NCBI RefSeq assembly: GCF_036971445.1
Contig: NC_091470.1
Coordinates: forward strand, 298,406,001 to 298,470,000
Source: Narcine bancroftii
Taxonomy: Eukaryota
Direction: 5' to 3'
DNA: 64,000 nucleotides
Shown: in pieces, positions 24,847 through 37,499 of the stretch
Numbering within the stretch: the stretch's first letter is position 1
How the letters are laid out: every line of letters starts with the position of its first letter
Program-made: the position numbers and the translations under genes
Notes under the pieces: model-generated
Databases searched by the model: none
Told to the model about the DNA's origin: nothing
Seen by the model: the letters and a program-made list of their open reading frames with translations, nothing else

Positions 24847-26130
24847 AAGGAAATTTGGCTGGACACGTAAGAGAGTGAGAGAGAGATGGCATACTTCCTT
24901 GTGAACAGGACCAGCAGGAAAGGTTGGTAAGGGAGCCTCTGGTCACCAGAGTAGAATTCCTCGGAGGATAGATAACACGAGTTTTCATAGGTTAGCGGGT
25001 TTACTGGTGAACCATGGAAGACTGGTAGTCTGGGCTAACAGTTTGGACCTGTGAGGGGAAGAAGACTGGGCACCATTTGGCATTCTTCCTTGAGAAGTTG
25101 GGATTTCCCGAGACCAAAGGGAATCATGGGGGGCCCTTTATCTTATGGTGTCTCTCCTGAGAAACCAATGGGGAACTATAGAAGAGTTAGGCCAACAGGA
25201 TGACCAGAAAGATAAGGAAATAGAATCCCTCCAGCATTGCTGTAGTGTGCGATAGGAGGCAGCACAGACTGCCTATCAAGCTACCAATTTAGAGTTGAAA
25301 GGTACAGAGGCAGCTTGCAAGATGATTAAAATGCAGCAGCTGCAAATGCTGGCAGCTCAACCCAATTGAGATGCGAGCCATTGCCTGGCAAGGGGAAGGC
25401 ATTGATACATGGTCGGAGGATGGGGATGTGTGGTTGGACAATGATGACCATGAAAAATCAGAGTCCTACTACACAAGTCCTCTTCTGTGTGCCCAAGCCT
25501 TAGCAAGCACAACCAGTGGCCACACAGTCCCAGACCTGTAATAACGCACCCCGCCGATCCTCCAAAATGGGATGTCCTCAGGTGGACATGCATGCAGTTG
25601 CTGTGAAATCACATAAACCTGGGACTACTCTGCTAAGAAGCTAATCAGGCTAGGGGACAGATACCGCCAGTAGCCAGGAAAACACAGCTGCCTAGATGTT
25701 ATAACTGAGGGACAATTGGGCCCCCAGTATCATCTCTCTTATCTAGGTGAGTGCCTAGGCAGTCTGTCTGACCAATAAGCGATTAATAATGCCTTGTGGG
25801 GGCTGCCAGGGGTCAGTGCCGGCACCACCCTATGGGATTGGGTGGCGATTATAGTGTGGGTTAGGTACCATATCCTTTTAGAATGTGACCTACAATGGCT
25901 GGCTGAAGTGGCACAGCATTATCGAAGGGACAAGGGTTATTAAGGAATGCACACTAGTCTTGGGCATCTACAGGGGCATCCGCAAGAACCGCTTCCCTGA
26001 AAACATGAGGGTGACTGGTGCTTTGGTGGCCTGACATTAGAAGGGTGGTCTTAGCCCTCATTTGATCGGTGATCAGGAAAACCATCCGGGAAGCCATTAC
26101 CTCTCCTGGAGGGACATGAGTATGTGAAGC
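24847..26130 (+). pseudogene. gag: Class III (ERV-S/ERV-L-like) retroviral leader and gag relic
   Basis: WDYSAKKLIRLGDRYRQ*PG and TLWDWV resemble the class III Gag motifs R(P/D)Y..EL..LG..(F/Y)RQ.PGE and sLl.W. Confidence 0.6.
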
Positions 26131-27220
26131 AGAGAACACCTGCTCAAATGTGCATGTAGTAAAAGCTAGACAACATCCAGACACGGATTAATAATTGATG
26201 ATGCTGCACTGTGGAGGGGACTTTCACAAGTACCGCAATAGTTTAAGAATGTGGCTCACCACCAACTTCTCAAGGATGTTAAGTGATTGCCAATAGATGT
26301 TGCTCTTGCTTGTGACAACTACATCCTACAAAATGATCAAATAGATCTTAAAAAAAAATTATATGACCACAATTATTCCTTTCTGCAGTCAGTGCCATTA
26401 AAAATATCCAGCCAAATCTGATGGCTGCTGTTGAACACTGCTGTCCAACTTAACCGTGTGATAGCAATCAAGTACCACCCACACTTCTTTATATTATCAG
26501 CACTAGTTTAACAAACTGTTTTGCTGAACTGAATTCATAGATATATGCATTTCAATTATTAACTTAAAGATTTTGCAAAATCAGCAGTTTCTCAGGGTTT
26601 TAACATCGTGTAGCCCACAATCATCACCCTTTCCTAAAATATGAAACTGAAGATTGTGTAAAGGCACAGCATACATGATGATTTTTTTTTTGGTGAAGGA
26701 GACACTAGTAAAGTTACCAGAGCATGGTAGAACTTCATATTCAGTTTGAAGCAGAGAAACCTAGGTCTGACATTCTCATCTTAAATTTAAATAAAGGTGA
26801 TTACAGCGATACAAGGATGTTAGGCAAATTGGTCTCAGAAACTTAAGGGTAGAACAATAGATCAGCAGTGATAGATACTAATGAAGTTATTTCATAAATC
26901 TCAGGAGAGGTCTTTTTAAGTGCGGATGAAAAGTTCTACAAAGAGGATGCTCCATCTGTGACCAACCCCAGGAAGATTAAAGATTGATTTGAATGAAAGA
27001 CCATAAAATGTTGCAAAGATTCATGGTCAGACAGAAGTTTGGCATGCTTTTAGAAGTCAGCAAAGGATGGCTGAAAAATATAGAGGGAGAAAATAAAGTA
27101 CAAGAATAAACTAACAAAATAATATTAAAATAGATATAAAAGAGCAGCCAAATCTTGGTCATTGCGGGTGAAATTGGTAAAATAATAATGTGTAATAGAG
27201 AGAGAACAGAGCTTCTAAAT

Positions 27221-27577
27221 CAGTAGTTCTCAACCTTTTTCTTTCCTCTCACATACCCTATGCCATAGGTGCTCTGTGATTAGTAAGGAATTGTTTAAGG
27301 TGACACGTGAGTGGAAAGAAAAAGTTTGAAAACCACTGTTTTAATCATACTTAATTAACTTGTCATGTGCACTTTTCATAACTTTTCAAATGGGCCAATG
27401 ACAATTTTTCTCAAACAAAATATTTCAGTAACAATTGGGTCTAGAGCACTGATTCTCAACCTTCCCTTTCCATTCACATCCCACCTTAAGCATTCCCTTA
27501 CTAATCATAGAGCACTGATGGCATAGGGATTACTTAAAGAGGGATGTGAATGGAAAGAAAAAGGTTGAGAACCACTG
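27221..27577. mobile_element. hAT (Charlie-type) MITE, composite palindrome
   Basis: TIRs cagtagttctcaacc / ggttgagaaccactg; flanks ttctaaat and atctaagg resemble the NTCTAGAN Charlie target. Confidence 0.88.
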
Positions 27578-27999
27578 ATCTAAGGCAAAAAGTAGCAAGT
27601 AGATATAATGTTTGGGTTTCCAGAAGGCTTTTGATGAAATGATACACAAAAAATTATTCCACAAGAGAAGAATACATAGGGTAGAGATAATACATTGGCA
27701 TTGATAGGCAAGAGAATGCAAATCAAAATTCTGAGATGAGAAACTTTTGGACTGTTAATGAGTAAATTGTTGGATGTTACAACCATCAATGCCAGAGTTT
27801 AACTATTTTCCATTTACATTAATGACTTGGAAGGTCTGCATGCACTATAGGCAAGTATGTAAATGATATAAAATAATTAAGTTATGAGAACAAGATAATT
27901 TGGTAAGGATATATACACAAGTTAAGGGATTGGCAGGAGAACTGCAATATGAGAAATTAAAAAAAAATCAAAGTCAAATTAATTTAAATGAAGTGAGAC

Positions 28000-28298
28000 T
28001 GTTACAGGGTATGTTAGAATAGTTATGGGTAAAATATGCCTTTAAAAAAGATAGATTGTGGGGGGTTTAGCATAGGTTATACTTCACAGAGTAACACTTC
28101 ACAAAAGACATCTCATTTAAAATGCAAGAACTTTGCTGAAGCTAGACGTTCAGGCTCTGGTTGACTTTGCAGAAGCAATGAAGAATACTAATCTATTGTG
28201 TATGGACAATAAAGTCCAGCATTGATAAGATCTTTGGAGCCCTGTAAGAAGTCCGTTGGTTTTTACAAGCAGAGAGAGGGAAAAAAAATCAAACAGGT

Positions 28299-28356
<58 letters not shown>

Positions 28357-29017
28357 GAGGGAGGGAGAGAGAGATCAGTTCTACGGTAGCAGTTGAGGCT
28401 GTAAAATGGCAAGCTGGCAGGGTTGTTGAAAGACCCCATTTTGAAGACAGGTTGTGAATTCTGAGTTCAGCCTGTTCAAAACCCTTGTAGTCCTTACAAG
28501 AGGAAATGGCTGGCTAGAGTGTTTCTCCAGAGGAAGTCTGTGGTGACCTGGAAGAAGAGGTTATCATTTGGAAAACCTATGATGGGAAAGTTCCTTGGGC
28601 AAGACATTGAAGTGACTGATTGGAGGAAATCCGTTTGTGTGTGTCCAATAAGCAACAAATATCTCTCTGAAACCAACAAGAACCTTCCTGAACGGTAACC
28701 ATTTAACTTTAAGCACCACAGCCTAGTGAATATTCATAAATGTTAAATTCTGTGCACAATATAAGAATTGCCTGATATCGGTAAACTTGGAGAAGTGAAA
28801 AGTGAATGATTGGACAGTGAAACAGAGAACTTTCCTGAACATATAGATATTACATACACATGCATTTGGAATTATAAGGGGTTAAGTTAATAGTAATAAG
28901 TTAAAAATTGATCTGTTTATAATGTTTAAAGAAAATTTAAAGTAACTTTTGTTTAAGTAACCATTGTCTTGGTGAATTTCTATTGCTGCTGGGTTTTGGA
29001 GTCCTCTGGGCATAACA
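28000..29017 (+). mobile_element. Complete solo LTR (~1-kb family, probably Gypsy)
   Basis: tgtta..taaca termini, perfect 4-bp TSD agac, internal (GA)n at 28303-28374. Confidence 0.92.
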
Positions 29018-30629
29018 AGACCATTAACATTTTATAGTACAAGGTGATCTGGGGATCATAGTGCATGAAACACTAAATTAGCATGCAGGTACAGTGAGTA
29101 ATCGAGAAGATTAATGGAACTTGATCTTTACTGCAGGGAGTATATGATTTGAATTATGGAAATTTAGATGCAAATTTACAGCATGAAGCTATGACCATGG
29201 CTGGAATCCTGCATACAACTTTGATTTTCATATTTAAAGGAGGAATGTACCTGTTTTTGCAGCAATGTAGAGAAGGTTCACTGGGTTTATTCCTGGGAAG
29301 AAGAAGGTGGCAGATGAAAGCTGAAAAAAGTTGGGCTTCCACATTGAGGTACAAAAGAATGGAAACCTATTTAACTGAAACACAATACTCTTGAGTCAGA
29401 TCCTAAAAGGATGTTTGAGAGTGTATAGGATCAATATAATATCAGAATAAGGGATCTCCATTTCAGATGGACACAAGGAATAGTTTCTCATTGATGGTAA
29501 TAAATCTTAAGAATTATCTACCAAAGACAGCTGTGAAGGTGATTAAATTTATTCAAGGCAGAGACTGATGGATATTTGAAAAGAGTCAATTATCTGGGGA
29601 GAGAGCAGGAACAATGTTTGTGCCAAGACTGAGTATGTAGTGCTATTTATTATAACACCAAAGAACTGATTGGCCCAGTCATTGTTCAACAAAACAATTA
29701 TTTAGGAGCATGGATTTAATTACACAAAAAATGTTAACAGATTAGAGACATCATAAAAAGCTTCCAGGCTCTTGATTGAAATCAGAAAAAGGAAAAAAAA
29801 TTAAATTGTTTGTAGTCTCTAGTAGAACATGAAGTTTTAACAATCTTACAGTTTGAATCAGGGCTCTCAGGACAAAAGGAAACACCTGTGATGAATGGAA
29901 ACTAAACAAAGGGTTTTAGAAGTTAAGTCTTTGGTCAGATGTTAATTGTAAATTAGAATTCATTGGTATTGAAGGATATGAGACATAACCAAGTGAATGG
30001 ATACCAGTATAGATTAACCACAATCATATTGAATATAAAGTACATTTGAGTGGGTAAATGGTCCATTCCTGTTTGTATATTTAGGTGGTTCTGTGATAGT
30101 TTGTCTTCATTAATATTGTCCAATAATAGTCAAGGATTTGTTAACTGATTAACATGAGACTTTGGCTGTAACATAACGTTACTCAGGCTTTAACTTCTTT
30201 GTGTTCTTTGAAATGCGTAAAACATATTGATGATTATCTGTTAGAAAATTAGAGCAAGAACAGGTCATTAAGATGCAGGTAGCATTTGTCAAAGAAGCTT
30301 TGTACATCTAAATTTACACGAGTTAATGAAGAGTAAAATGAAATGCCTACTTTGATTTTCATTTTCCTCCTACATATAACTGATTTTGTCACAATTTTAA
30401 GCCTCCCCTCTATTTAACAGGTTATATATATATGTTTAGACATCTAACACTTTCAGTTAATGGGATTAGATAACTAGCACCTGCAACCTGAATGATGAGA
30501 AATTTAATCTGTTCATGAATCACCAATAGTTAAAAAAATGTTTTACATCAAGGTAAGCATTTAACTGTAGAATATATAATCTGTAGCTGCAATTTGAATG
30601 TATATGAAATGATTACCTTAATGAGTTCT

Positions 30630-30845
30630 GCGGATTCCACGATGCCAAACACATTTTTCGTTGCCTCCGTCTCCAGGCCTACTTCCATGATCGTGACTCT
30701 CCACCATCCAAAACTCCTCCTACTTTAAGGCTTTTTAAAATACCTTGATGAAGACTGAAGCCCGAAAGGTCAGTTATGTATCTTTATCTTTGCTACATAA
30801 AGGACATTGTTTGACCTGCAGTTTCTCCAGCATTGTGTTTTTACT
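30630..30845 (+). mobile_element. Penelope 3'/pseudo-LTR relic with a hammerhead-like core
   Basis: ttgatgaagactgaagcccgaaaggtc at about 30745-30771; its arm is shared with 54400-54500. Confidence 0.6.
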
Positions 30846-31879
30846 AAGTTGATGAGTAGAATCTGGCTCACAGCTTCTTGAGTATTTCCGCAGTTAGTTT
30901 AGCAATAACTCAGGGCTGGCAGACTATCTTGGCATAACCTGAACTAGGACAGTCCAGACTGGGCCAGGAAGAACTCATCTACATTTCTTTGAAAATATCT
31001 CCAGGAGAAGGCAAGTCTGAATTCAGCTGGTGCCCAGGATCTTAGGGAGATTAGGAGGCAAGTCTTGCCAAGTTGCCAAGATTGAGTGGTAAACTGGTGT
31101 GGGTTGAGGGTGGTGTTGTTTGAGGCAGGGTTCGAAACCTTCCAATTTATCAGAAAAATAATTCTCATTAGAATTGATCCAGTATGATTAAATTCAGACA
31201 GCTCAAAATGGACCCCAGAGACCCCAGGAGAGGTGGGAGAAGATTAAGAACTGGTGCTTACATTTGTTCTCAATTTCTTTCAGTAGCAGTTGCCAAAATC
31301 ACTATGGCAATCCTTAGTTCCAGTGTTCATATTGCAATTTGCATTTACTATTGTCAGGCAGCAGAAGATGCCTGAAATAAGCATTCACGTAGATGTGGGG
31401 AGGGGGTGATGGGTGCAGGGGTCACAAAAGCATGAGCACTTGGGTGGGATGTGGTGGGGGAGAATATCATTCCCTTATAAGGTTGGAGCATTTGAAAGTT
31501 TGGTTCCTCCAGATCTACTAGATTTCATGTCCACAGATGAACTAGGTGCAAAGTTAAGGAGCAAGTACAACAGGATTAGTAACTGTAACTTGTAAGCTTC
31601 ATCTTCTATCATCTCTTTCTCGAATATATTTTAACCCGGGATCAATATTTCTTAAGAAAAAAGGTTACCTAGTTATTCCATTGTTCTCTGTGGGAGCTTT
31701 CCTATGCAAATTGACTGAAACAGGAAGACCTACAGTATGGAACAGACATTTCAGCACAAAGTCCATGCTGATCAAGCTAGTCCTACTTGTGTTTGGCTCA
31801 TGTCACTTTAAACTTTCCTATACATGCACAAATAACCCCTGGTATCCAGGAAAGGTAGCTAGTTAAGTGGATTCCGGAG

Positions 31880-32412
31880 GACTCAGTGCTCTCTACTCTG
31901 TCCATTCTTAGTTTATTAATGTGTAGCAGAGGATGGTCGTCCCTAGTCCTCCTGAAGTCCATTATCATCTTTCTCGTCCGTATTGAGACTCAGGTTGTTA
32001 TTCTCACACAATACAAGATTTTCCACTCTACTCTGTAGTGCGACTCATTGTTGTTGCTGAGGTCAATAACTGTCATGTTCCCCGCAAATTTGATGACTCT
32101 GTTGGAGCTGGATTTAGCATTGTAGTTGTGAATCAGTAGCATGAACAGGAGTAGGCTGAGCACGGAGACCTGAGGTGCTTGATGTTGCTTGATGTTCTGC
32201 TACTGACCTGGACAGACTGTACAGGGGTTGTAAATTAATTAGATGTAAATTTGGTGGCACAGGCTTGTAGGGCAAAACCATGCTGTATGCCTAATTAAAA
32301 AAAAAATTAAAAACTGATCATTCTTTTCTGAAGTCCAGAATCCAGTTACAGAGAACAGTGTTGAGTCCCAGTGAAAACAGCTTTTTCACTAGGCTCTGGG
32401 AAATGATCATAT
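31880..32412 (-). mobile_element. Rex1/Babar fragment (with a small CR1-tail insert near 32220-32290)
   Basis: FNMII..LGLNTVLCNWILDF..VIKFAG..MDFRR. Confidence 0.75.
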
Positions 32413-33570
32413 TGAAGATGTTGAAGATATCTGGAAGGACCTCCCTCAGTTTGTCTGAGTAGTCCTTCAGTACCCAACCAAGTATGTTGTCTTGTCCTGC
32501 TGCCTTGTGTAGGCTTACCATGGATAGGGTTCTCCTCACAACACATCATTGCAGCAGTCCATTGTTCCACCGGTTCCAAGGCAGCCATCATCATCGCAGT
32601 ACTAAAGAGGGCAAAAGTAGCAGGCCAGTGGCATTGGCCTCCACCATTATGAAATGCTTAGAATGTCTGGTGATGGAATGTTTCACACCTCCCAGATACA
32701 TTGGACCCATTTCAGTTCACCACTGCATTGACAAAGATTAGAGCCTTGTCCCTCCACTCCATCTTAACCCACTGGAGAACAACCCATCATATGCCAGGCT
32801 GGTGTTCATTGACTTCAGTTTGGCATTTCATATGATCATTCCCCAGAGGCTGATGTCCTCACTGGGTCTCAACACTCCTCTCTGCAAATGGATTCTGGAC
32901 TTCCTAACAGAAAAACTGCAGTCTGTCCGGCAGCAGAACTTTGAGCACCATCACATTGAGCACTGGCATACCTCAGAGCTGTGTGCTCAGCCCATTCCTG
33001 TTCATATTGACCCACAACTGCAACGCCAGCTCCAGCTCCAAGTCAAGTTTTCAGATGACAAAACATTAAGTCGCAGTGCAGAGATGGAACATCTCGCGAA
33101 ATGGTGTACGAATAACAACCCGAGTCTCAATGTGGACAAGATAAAGGTGATGACCATGGACTTCAGGAGGACCAGGGATGACCACCAACCACTACATATT
33201 AATAGCTCAGTAGTGGAAAGCACCAAGTTTCTCAGAAAGTTACCTAACCTGGACATACATCTCCTCATATCCCAGGAAGGCGCAAAAGCAACTGCACTCC
33301 CTTAGAGAACTGAGGCTAGCAAGGTTAATGGCCACAATTCTGTCAACCTTCTACAGAAGCTCTATCGAGAGCATCCTGGCTAGTTGCATCACAGTTTGGT
33401 ACAGTTGCTGTACATTGGATCAGAAGTCAATCCACAGGACCATAAGAGCAGCAGAGAAGATCACTGGGGTCTCCCACTATCAATATGATTAACCAGTATT
33501 GTTGTTCAAAGGCGGCTCGTTAAATCAGTGAGGACTCTGACCACCCTGCACACAGCATCTTCCAGCAGTT
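32413..33570 (+). mobile_element. Rex1/Babar LINE with an inverted 5' segment (32413-32540)
   Basis: The plus-strand part runs [41 protein letters not shown]; the inverted part encodes the immediately upstream KAAGQDNI..DIFN. Confidence 0.8.
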
Positions 33571-33574
33571 CTAG

Positions 33575-35360
33575 TAAGGAAAGAAATACAGAATTTATTG
33601 ATGTAATGGGAGGTGAGGATTTAGATGCAATAGCTATCACTAAAGAGGTAGTTCTGAGTGAACCTGTGGGTCTAAAGATAGTTAAGTCCCCTGGTCCTGA
33701 ATGCATCCCAGGGTACTGAAAGAAATGGCAGAAGTGATAATAGAGGCTTTGGTGATTATTTACCAAAATGCTCTGGACTCTGGGCAGGTCCTTGCAGATT
33801 TAAAGATGTCGATTGTCACACCACTATTTTTTTTAAAGGAGGTAGGCAAAATGCAGGGAACTATAGGCCAATTAGTTTAACATCTGTGCTTGGGAAAATG
33901 CTTCAAGATATCATTAAGGAAGAAATAGTTAGGCATTTGGAGTAAAATAGATTCTTCAGGCAGACACAGTATGGATTTAGCAAAGGCAGGTCCTGCTTGA
34001 CAAACTTCTTTGAGGATATAAGGACAGTAGATAGAGGGAAGCAGGTGGATATTGTTAACCTGGATTTCTAGAAGGCATTCAATAAGGTGCTACATAAAAG
34101 ACATACATAAGGATTCAGAGTTGAGGATGATGTATTAGCATTGATAGGGGATTGGTTAACCAATAGAAAGCAGAGAGTTGGGAGACTGGGGTGCTTGTTT
34201 GGTTGGCAATCAGTGGTGAGCCAAGGGCCGCAGGGATCAGTACTGGGCCCTCAACTGATCACAATGTACATCAATGATTTGAAAGAGGGGACAGTGTGTA
34301 GTGTAAGTTTGCTGATAGACACTAAATTGAGTGGAAAAGCAAATTGTACAGAGGATATGGAAAATCTGCAGAGATATGTAGATAGGTTAAATGAGTAGGC
34401 AAAGGTCTGGCAGGTGGGGTACAATGTTGGTAAATTTGAGGTTATCTACTTTGGAGGAAATAATTAAAGTTCAGATTATTATTTCAATGGCAAGTAATTA
34501 CAGGACTACTCAGCTCTATGACGGTCTCTGCTCACACCCCCTCACTCAGTCTGAGGGGTGGGATGGTTGGGGCAGGCCACGACAGGTCTAATTCTACCTG
34601 TTCATGAGGCAGTTCATGAGCCTTAATGTCACTCAATGCTCATAATCAGTCAATGTGTCGCTTCTACAATCTGTCCTCCACTAGAACAGAGTATGATCAG
34701 GGGCTCAATTTTTGTAAGATTACAAAATCTTTATATTGTCTATAATCTTGTACCAGAACACTCTCGCCCACTTCCAATGTTCTAGGTGAGGTCTGTGGTG
34801 ATGCTTATTACAGGACTTGCATGAAATGCAAAAGGCTGGTTTGCAGGTGCAGCATGCTATTCATTGCCAGAGGCTTTGGAGGCTGTCCAGAGGAGGTTCA
34901 GCAGGTTGATTCCAGAGGTGAGAGGGTTAGCCTATGAGGAGAGATTAAGTCATCTGGGACTGTTCTCTCTGGAATTTAGAAGATTGAGAAGGGATCTTAT
35001 AAAAATGCTAAAATTATGAAAGGCATAGTTAAGATAGAGGTAGGTAAGTTATTCCTGTTGGAGGAGATTAGAACTAGGGGGGACATAGCCTCATGATTCA
35101 GGGTAGTACATTTAAGACAGAGATGAGGAGATACTGCTTTTCCCAGAGGGTGGTGAATATATGGAATTCTCTGACCAATGCAACAGTGGAGGTGACTTCA
35201 GTAAATATATTTAGGTTGGGTAGATTTTTACAAAATAGGGGAATTAAGGGATATGGGGAAAAGATAAGTAGGTGGAGATGAGCCTAATATCAGATCAGCC
35301 ATAGAAAGGCGGAGCAGGTCTCATGGCATGGATAGTCTACTCTTGCTCCTATTTCATTTA
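33575..35360 (+). mobile_element. CR1 LINE RT to 3' end
   Basis: KSPGP, GNYRP.SLTS, GRSCLTN, PQGSVLGPQL..YINDL, RGDL motifs and CR1 tail. Confidence 0.92.
34508..34806. mobile_element. Unclassified 299-bp insertion in CR1
   Basis: Flanked by the 11-bp direct repeat attacaggact (34497-34507 and 34807-34817). Confidence 0.65.
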
Positions 35361-37499
35361 GGTTACATGAGGTGAAAAGAAAACAAGGCTTTTACTTAAA
35401 TGTGTTTGTGCCCCCATGGGCCATAGGGCCCCCATTGAGAATGGCTGGTTAAAATAATAGATGGCAGAACAAAAGTACATTAGAAACAGTGTTTGCAGGC
35501 AAATGTTGGATAGTTTGAGTCACATGTTCTATTTCCATGATTGGTAAACTAAAGATGATATTGTTTGAGGTGAATCGCCACTCTGAAGTACCTCTCTCAT
35601 AGAACAATCTGCCATTAAAAAGTACGATGCATCACACATATGGAGGAACTGGGAGAGGACATAAAAGATGGTGGCACCTCAAGGGTACTGACATGTTAAG
35701 GTTTGCCTTTAAGTGCATGACCCCCTCCCATGCAACCATCTCAAACTGATGCTATGAATGGTCTTGGATATTTGTTGTTAGACTGATTCAAATCCTCTTG
35801 CTGTTTTCCAGCACACCAAAGGGAGCCAGACAACACTCATGTTACTTTAAATTATGACATTCATCAAAAGAATATCAGAATAAAAGTTCTGAAACACATT
35901 TTAGCTTAATTTATAAATATAAACTGGTCTGTTGGTCTTTCACCTGAAATTTATTTTATAATCAGAAACTCTATGCTCCTCAACATTTGTCAGATTTGGT
36001 TCTTTCATCCCACACCTGGTTCCTGTGCCTTTGGCTGGACCCCAATATAAAGAATTCATTTTGTCAGCCTTTTTGCCTTCCATCCAACAATTCTTTGTTT
36101 TAACTCTACCTCTTTAGCACACTATCATTACAACCCTTCCTTTAACTTGGTATCAAACTATGTATTATCAACTTTGGGGCCTTTTACCAGAACCAGAATT
36201 TATTGTCATGAACAAGTCATGAAATTCAGTGTTTTGCAGCATCACTTTACAACAATACATTTAAAAAAAGTGCACAAATAGTAAGGCAGTCTCTTTGGTT
36301 CATTGATTATTCAGGAATCTGATGGCAGCGGGGAAAAAGCTGACCTTGTGCCACTGAGTGCTCATTTTTAGGCTCCTGTACCTTTTTCCTGATGGTAGCA
36401 GAGTAAAGAGGGTGTTGGGGGTCTTCGAGGATAGAGGCTGCTTTTCTTTTTAAAAGACAGTACCTCTTGTAGATGTCTTCGATGGAGTGAAGTCTGCTGC
36501 CTGTGATGTTGCAGGCTGAATTAACAACCCTCTGGAGTTTATTCTTGTTCTGGGAGTTGGTGTCTCCATACCAAACAGTGATGCAACCAGCCAGAATGCT
36601 CTCCATGGTACGCCTGTAGAATTTTAAGTCTTCAGTGACATACCAAATCTCCTCAAACACTTCACAGTAACGCCGCTGGTGAGCCTTCTTTGTGATTGCA
36701 TCAACATGAAGGCTCTAGGGCAGATCCTTGCAGATTTAAAGTGCTTGATCCTCTCCACTACTGAGCCATGCTTCCCGGAGTTCCTCCCGAAGTCCACAAT
36801 AATCTCCTTGGTTTTGCCAATGTTGAATTCAATGACCTGATCTATCTCCCTCCTGTACTCTTCCTCAGTGCTGTTTGTGATTCTGCTGACAACCAAGGTG
36901 TCATTGGTCACACAGTCATGGGTGTAAAATGAGTAGAACAGAGGGATAAGCACGCACCCTTGAGGTGTGCCTGTGTTGATACTCAGTGATGAGGAGACAC
37001 TGTTTCCAATTCAGACTGACTGTGGTCTTCTAATGAGGAAGGCAAGGATCCAGTTGCAGATAGGAGTGCAGAGGAACAGTTTGTAGCTTCTTGACCAACA
37101 CTGAGAGAATAATGGTATTGAAAGTTGAGCTATAGTTGAAGAGCAGCCGTATCTATTAGTTACTGTTTGTGGTGATCCAGAGCTGAGTGGAGCCAGCAAT
37201 ATTGCGTCTGCTGTGGAGCAATTGTGACAATAAGCAAGTTGCAGTGGGTCCAGACCTTTGCTTAGGTACACATTAATTCTGCCCGTGACCAGCATCTCTT
37301 TTTAAAAAACAAACTTTATTTAAAAAATCATTCATAGTAATACAAAGTACATTCCATAAAGAAAATTTTATGAATATACATTAAAAAAATAAAATTAAAA
37401 AAAGACAACTAAAAATTAAAAACAAAATTCCCACCCCATCAGCCAACTCTCTTAAGGAGAGCTAAAAATATATAAATAGAAACTAAGAGTATATAATAA

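Larger units (their letters stand above)
26740..29620 (+). mobile_element. Highly decayed CR1 LINE with nested hAT MITE and solo LTR
   Basis: Remnants LNLNKGDY, FQKAFD, YINDL, GDLG and QRRFT-like in the expected order. Confidence 0.75.
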
